Assembly (NCBI GenBank): GCA_949373095.1
Contig: CASIBY010000001.1
Span: forward strand, 1,467 to 65,466
DNA: 64,000 nt
Source: Candidatus Poseidoniaceae archaeon
GTDB lineage: Archaea > Thermoplasmatota > Poseidoniia > Poseidoniales > Poseidoniaceae
Reading direction: 5' to 3'
The stretch's first letter is position 1. Every line of letters starts with the position of its first letter. The notes under the pieces were generated by a model. That model made no database searches and was not told the DNA's origin. It saw nothing but the letters and a program-made list of their open reading frames with translations. Positions 63,123 through 64,000 of the stretch are shown here, piece by piece. Both the position numbers and the translations under genes were made by a program.

Positions 63123-64000
63123 ATGCCTACCTACGAACACATTGGCGAGTTTGAGATGCCTGTTGACCGAGTATGGCAGTGGTATGACAGCCCTGGGGCA
63201 TTCCGAAGAATCATGCCTGAATGGGAAGGAATCACTCCACTGCGAGCTGGAGCCCTCAAAGACGGGGAGGAAACCAAGTTCAAGGTCAGCATAGGGCCCA
63301 TCAAGCGGAAATGGATTGCTCGCCACCACGATGTAGTCGATGGAGAAGTCTTTCACGACCGGATGGTCAAAGGCCCCTTTGGTGCTTGGGAGCACGAACA
63401 TCGTTTTCTTCCGGTTGACGGTACATCTTCTAAGATTCACGACACGGTCCAGTGGAAATTACCTCTCCACATGTTGACATGGTGGACTGCTCCGTTCACG
63501 GTCAAGGGTCGAATGAACCAGATGTTCGCATATCGGACACAACGCGTACAATCTGATCTGTCTCGTATCGCCATGTTTGACCACATGCCTCGCCAAAAGG
63601 TGTTGGTCAGCGGATCAACTGGGCTTATTGGGATGCAACTTTGCGCATTTCTAGCAGCAGCAGGACACGAGATAACACGGCTCGTACGACCGACAACAAA
63701 CCTTCCTCCGGATGCTTCAAATGACGCAGTGATTGTTTGGGATGATGTCAAGGGAGCGATTATCGAAGGAGATCTGAACGGCTTTGACACAGTTATTCAC
63801 CTTGCAGGAGCAGGAATTGGCGACAAGCGTTGGAACAAACAACGGAAGGAACTTATTGAAACGAGCAGAACCGTTCCAACGAAAAATTTGGCCACGCTCC
63901 TTGCTGGCCTTAACCAACCGCCGAAGACCTTCCTCTCTGGCTCTGCTATCGGTTTTTACGGAAACCGAGGCGATGAAGAACTCACTGAATCTTCCGAAGG
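63123..64000 (+). CDS. SRPBCC (START/polyketide-cyclase-like) domain fused to a TIGR01777/YfcH-like NAD-dependent epimerase domain; the 3' end lies outside the window
   Basis: I translated this frame by hand. It is open from the ATG at 63123 to the window end and is absent from the ORF track because it has no stop. The N-terminal SRPBCC-like region is MPTYEHIGEFEMPVDRVWQWY...GPFGAWEHEHRF. It is followed by the Rossmann motif KVLVSGSTGLIGMQL and HLAGAGIGDKRW. Confidence 0.8.
   Translation, partial: MPTYEHIGEFEMPVDRVWQWYDSPGAFRRIMPEWEGITPLRAGALKDGEETKFKVSIGPIKRKWIARHHDVVDGEVFHDRMVKGPFGAWEHEHRFLPVDGTSSKIHDTVQWKLPLHMLTWWTAPFTVKGRMNQMFAYRTQRVQSDLSRIAMFDHMPRQKVLVSGSTGLIGMQLCAFLAAAGHEITRLVRPTTNLPPDASNDAVIVWDDVKGAIIEGDLNGFDTVIHLAGAGIGDKRWNKQRKELIETSRTVPTKNLATLLAGLNQPPKTFLSGSAIGFYGNRGDEELTESSE

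Overview
Gene-dense segment with about 56 protein-coding genes, no rRNA or tRNA genes and no CRISPR array. The largest non-coding gap is about 250 bp (9460-9712). The informational genes are archaeal: aIF-1A, Rio1 kinase, a two-KH Dim2/Pno1-like protein, ribosomal protein uS2 and a Trm5/Taw2-type tRNA methyltransferase. Alongside them are bacterial-looking metabolic and repair genes (UvrC, RibA, fused 3-hydroxyacyl-CoA dehydrogenase/enoyl-CoA hydratase, CrtB/CrtI, class II photolyase). There are also four very large secreted, C-terminally anchored surface proteins, several glycosyltransferases and many acidic protein tails. By inference this fits a photic-zone planktonic archaeon such as Marine Group II/Poseidoniales. 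I could not run any search, so the lineage call is not verified. Two loci deserve follow-up most. (1) 10012-11214 encodes a Cas4-type PD-(D/E)xK/Fe-S nuclease whose two catalytic halves are separated by a roughly 150-aa insertion with four transmembrane helices. (2) 19728-21139 is a compact operon of a ThiF/E1-like adenylyltransferase, a JAMM/MPN metalloprotease and a 78-aa helical protein, with no recognisable ubiquitin-like or E2 partner, sitting inside a glycosylation locus. Other observations: an aIF-1A with a roughly 100-aa eukaryote-like acidic tail; a HeH/SAP-TM protein with three 84-aa repeats, translationally coupled to a polytopic membrane protein; two +1 frameshifts within 700 bp, one of which splits an aldehyde:ferredoxin oxidoreductase; two paralogous BNR/Asp-box lipoproteins, each with the same 17-mer 40 nt upstream of its ATG; a second stand-alone JAMM protein; and a carotenoid/photolyase/peroxiredoxin/riboflavin 'light' cluster at the 3' end. 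All functional calls rest on motifs I can read in the translations. Start codons were refined by eye and several remain uncertain.
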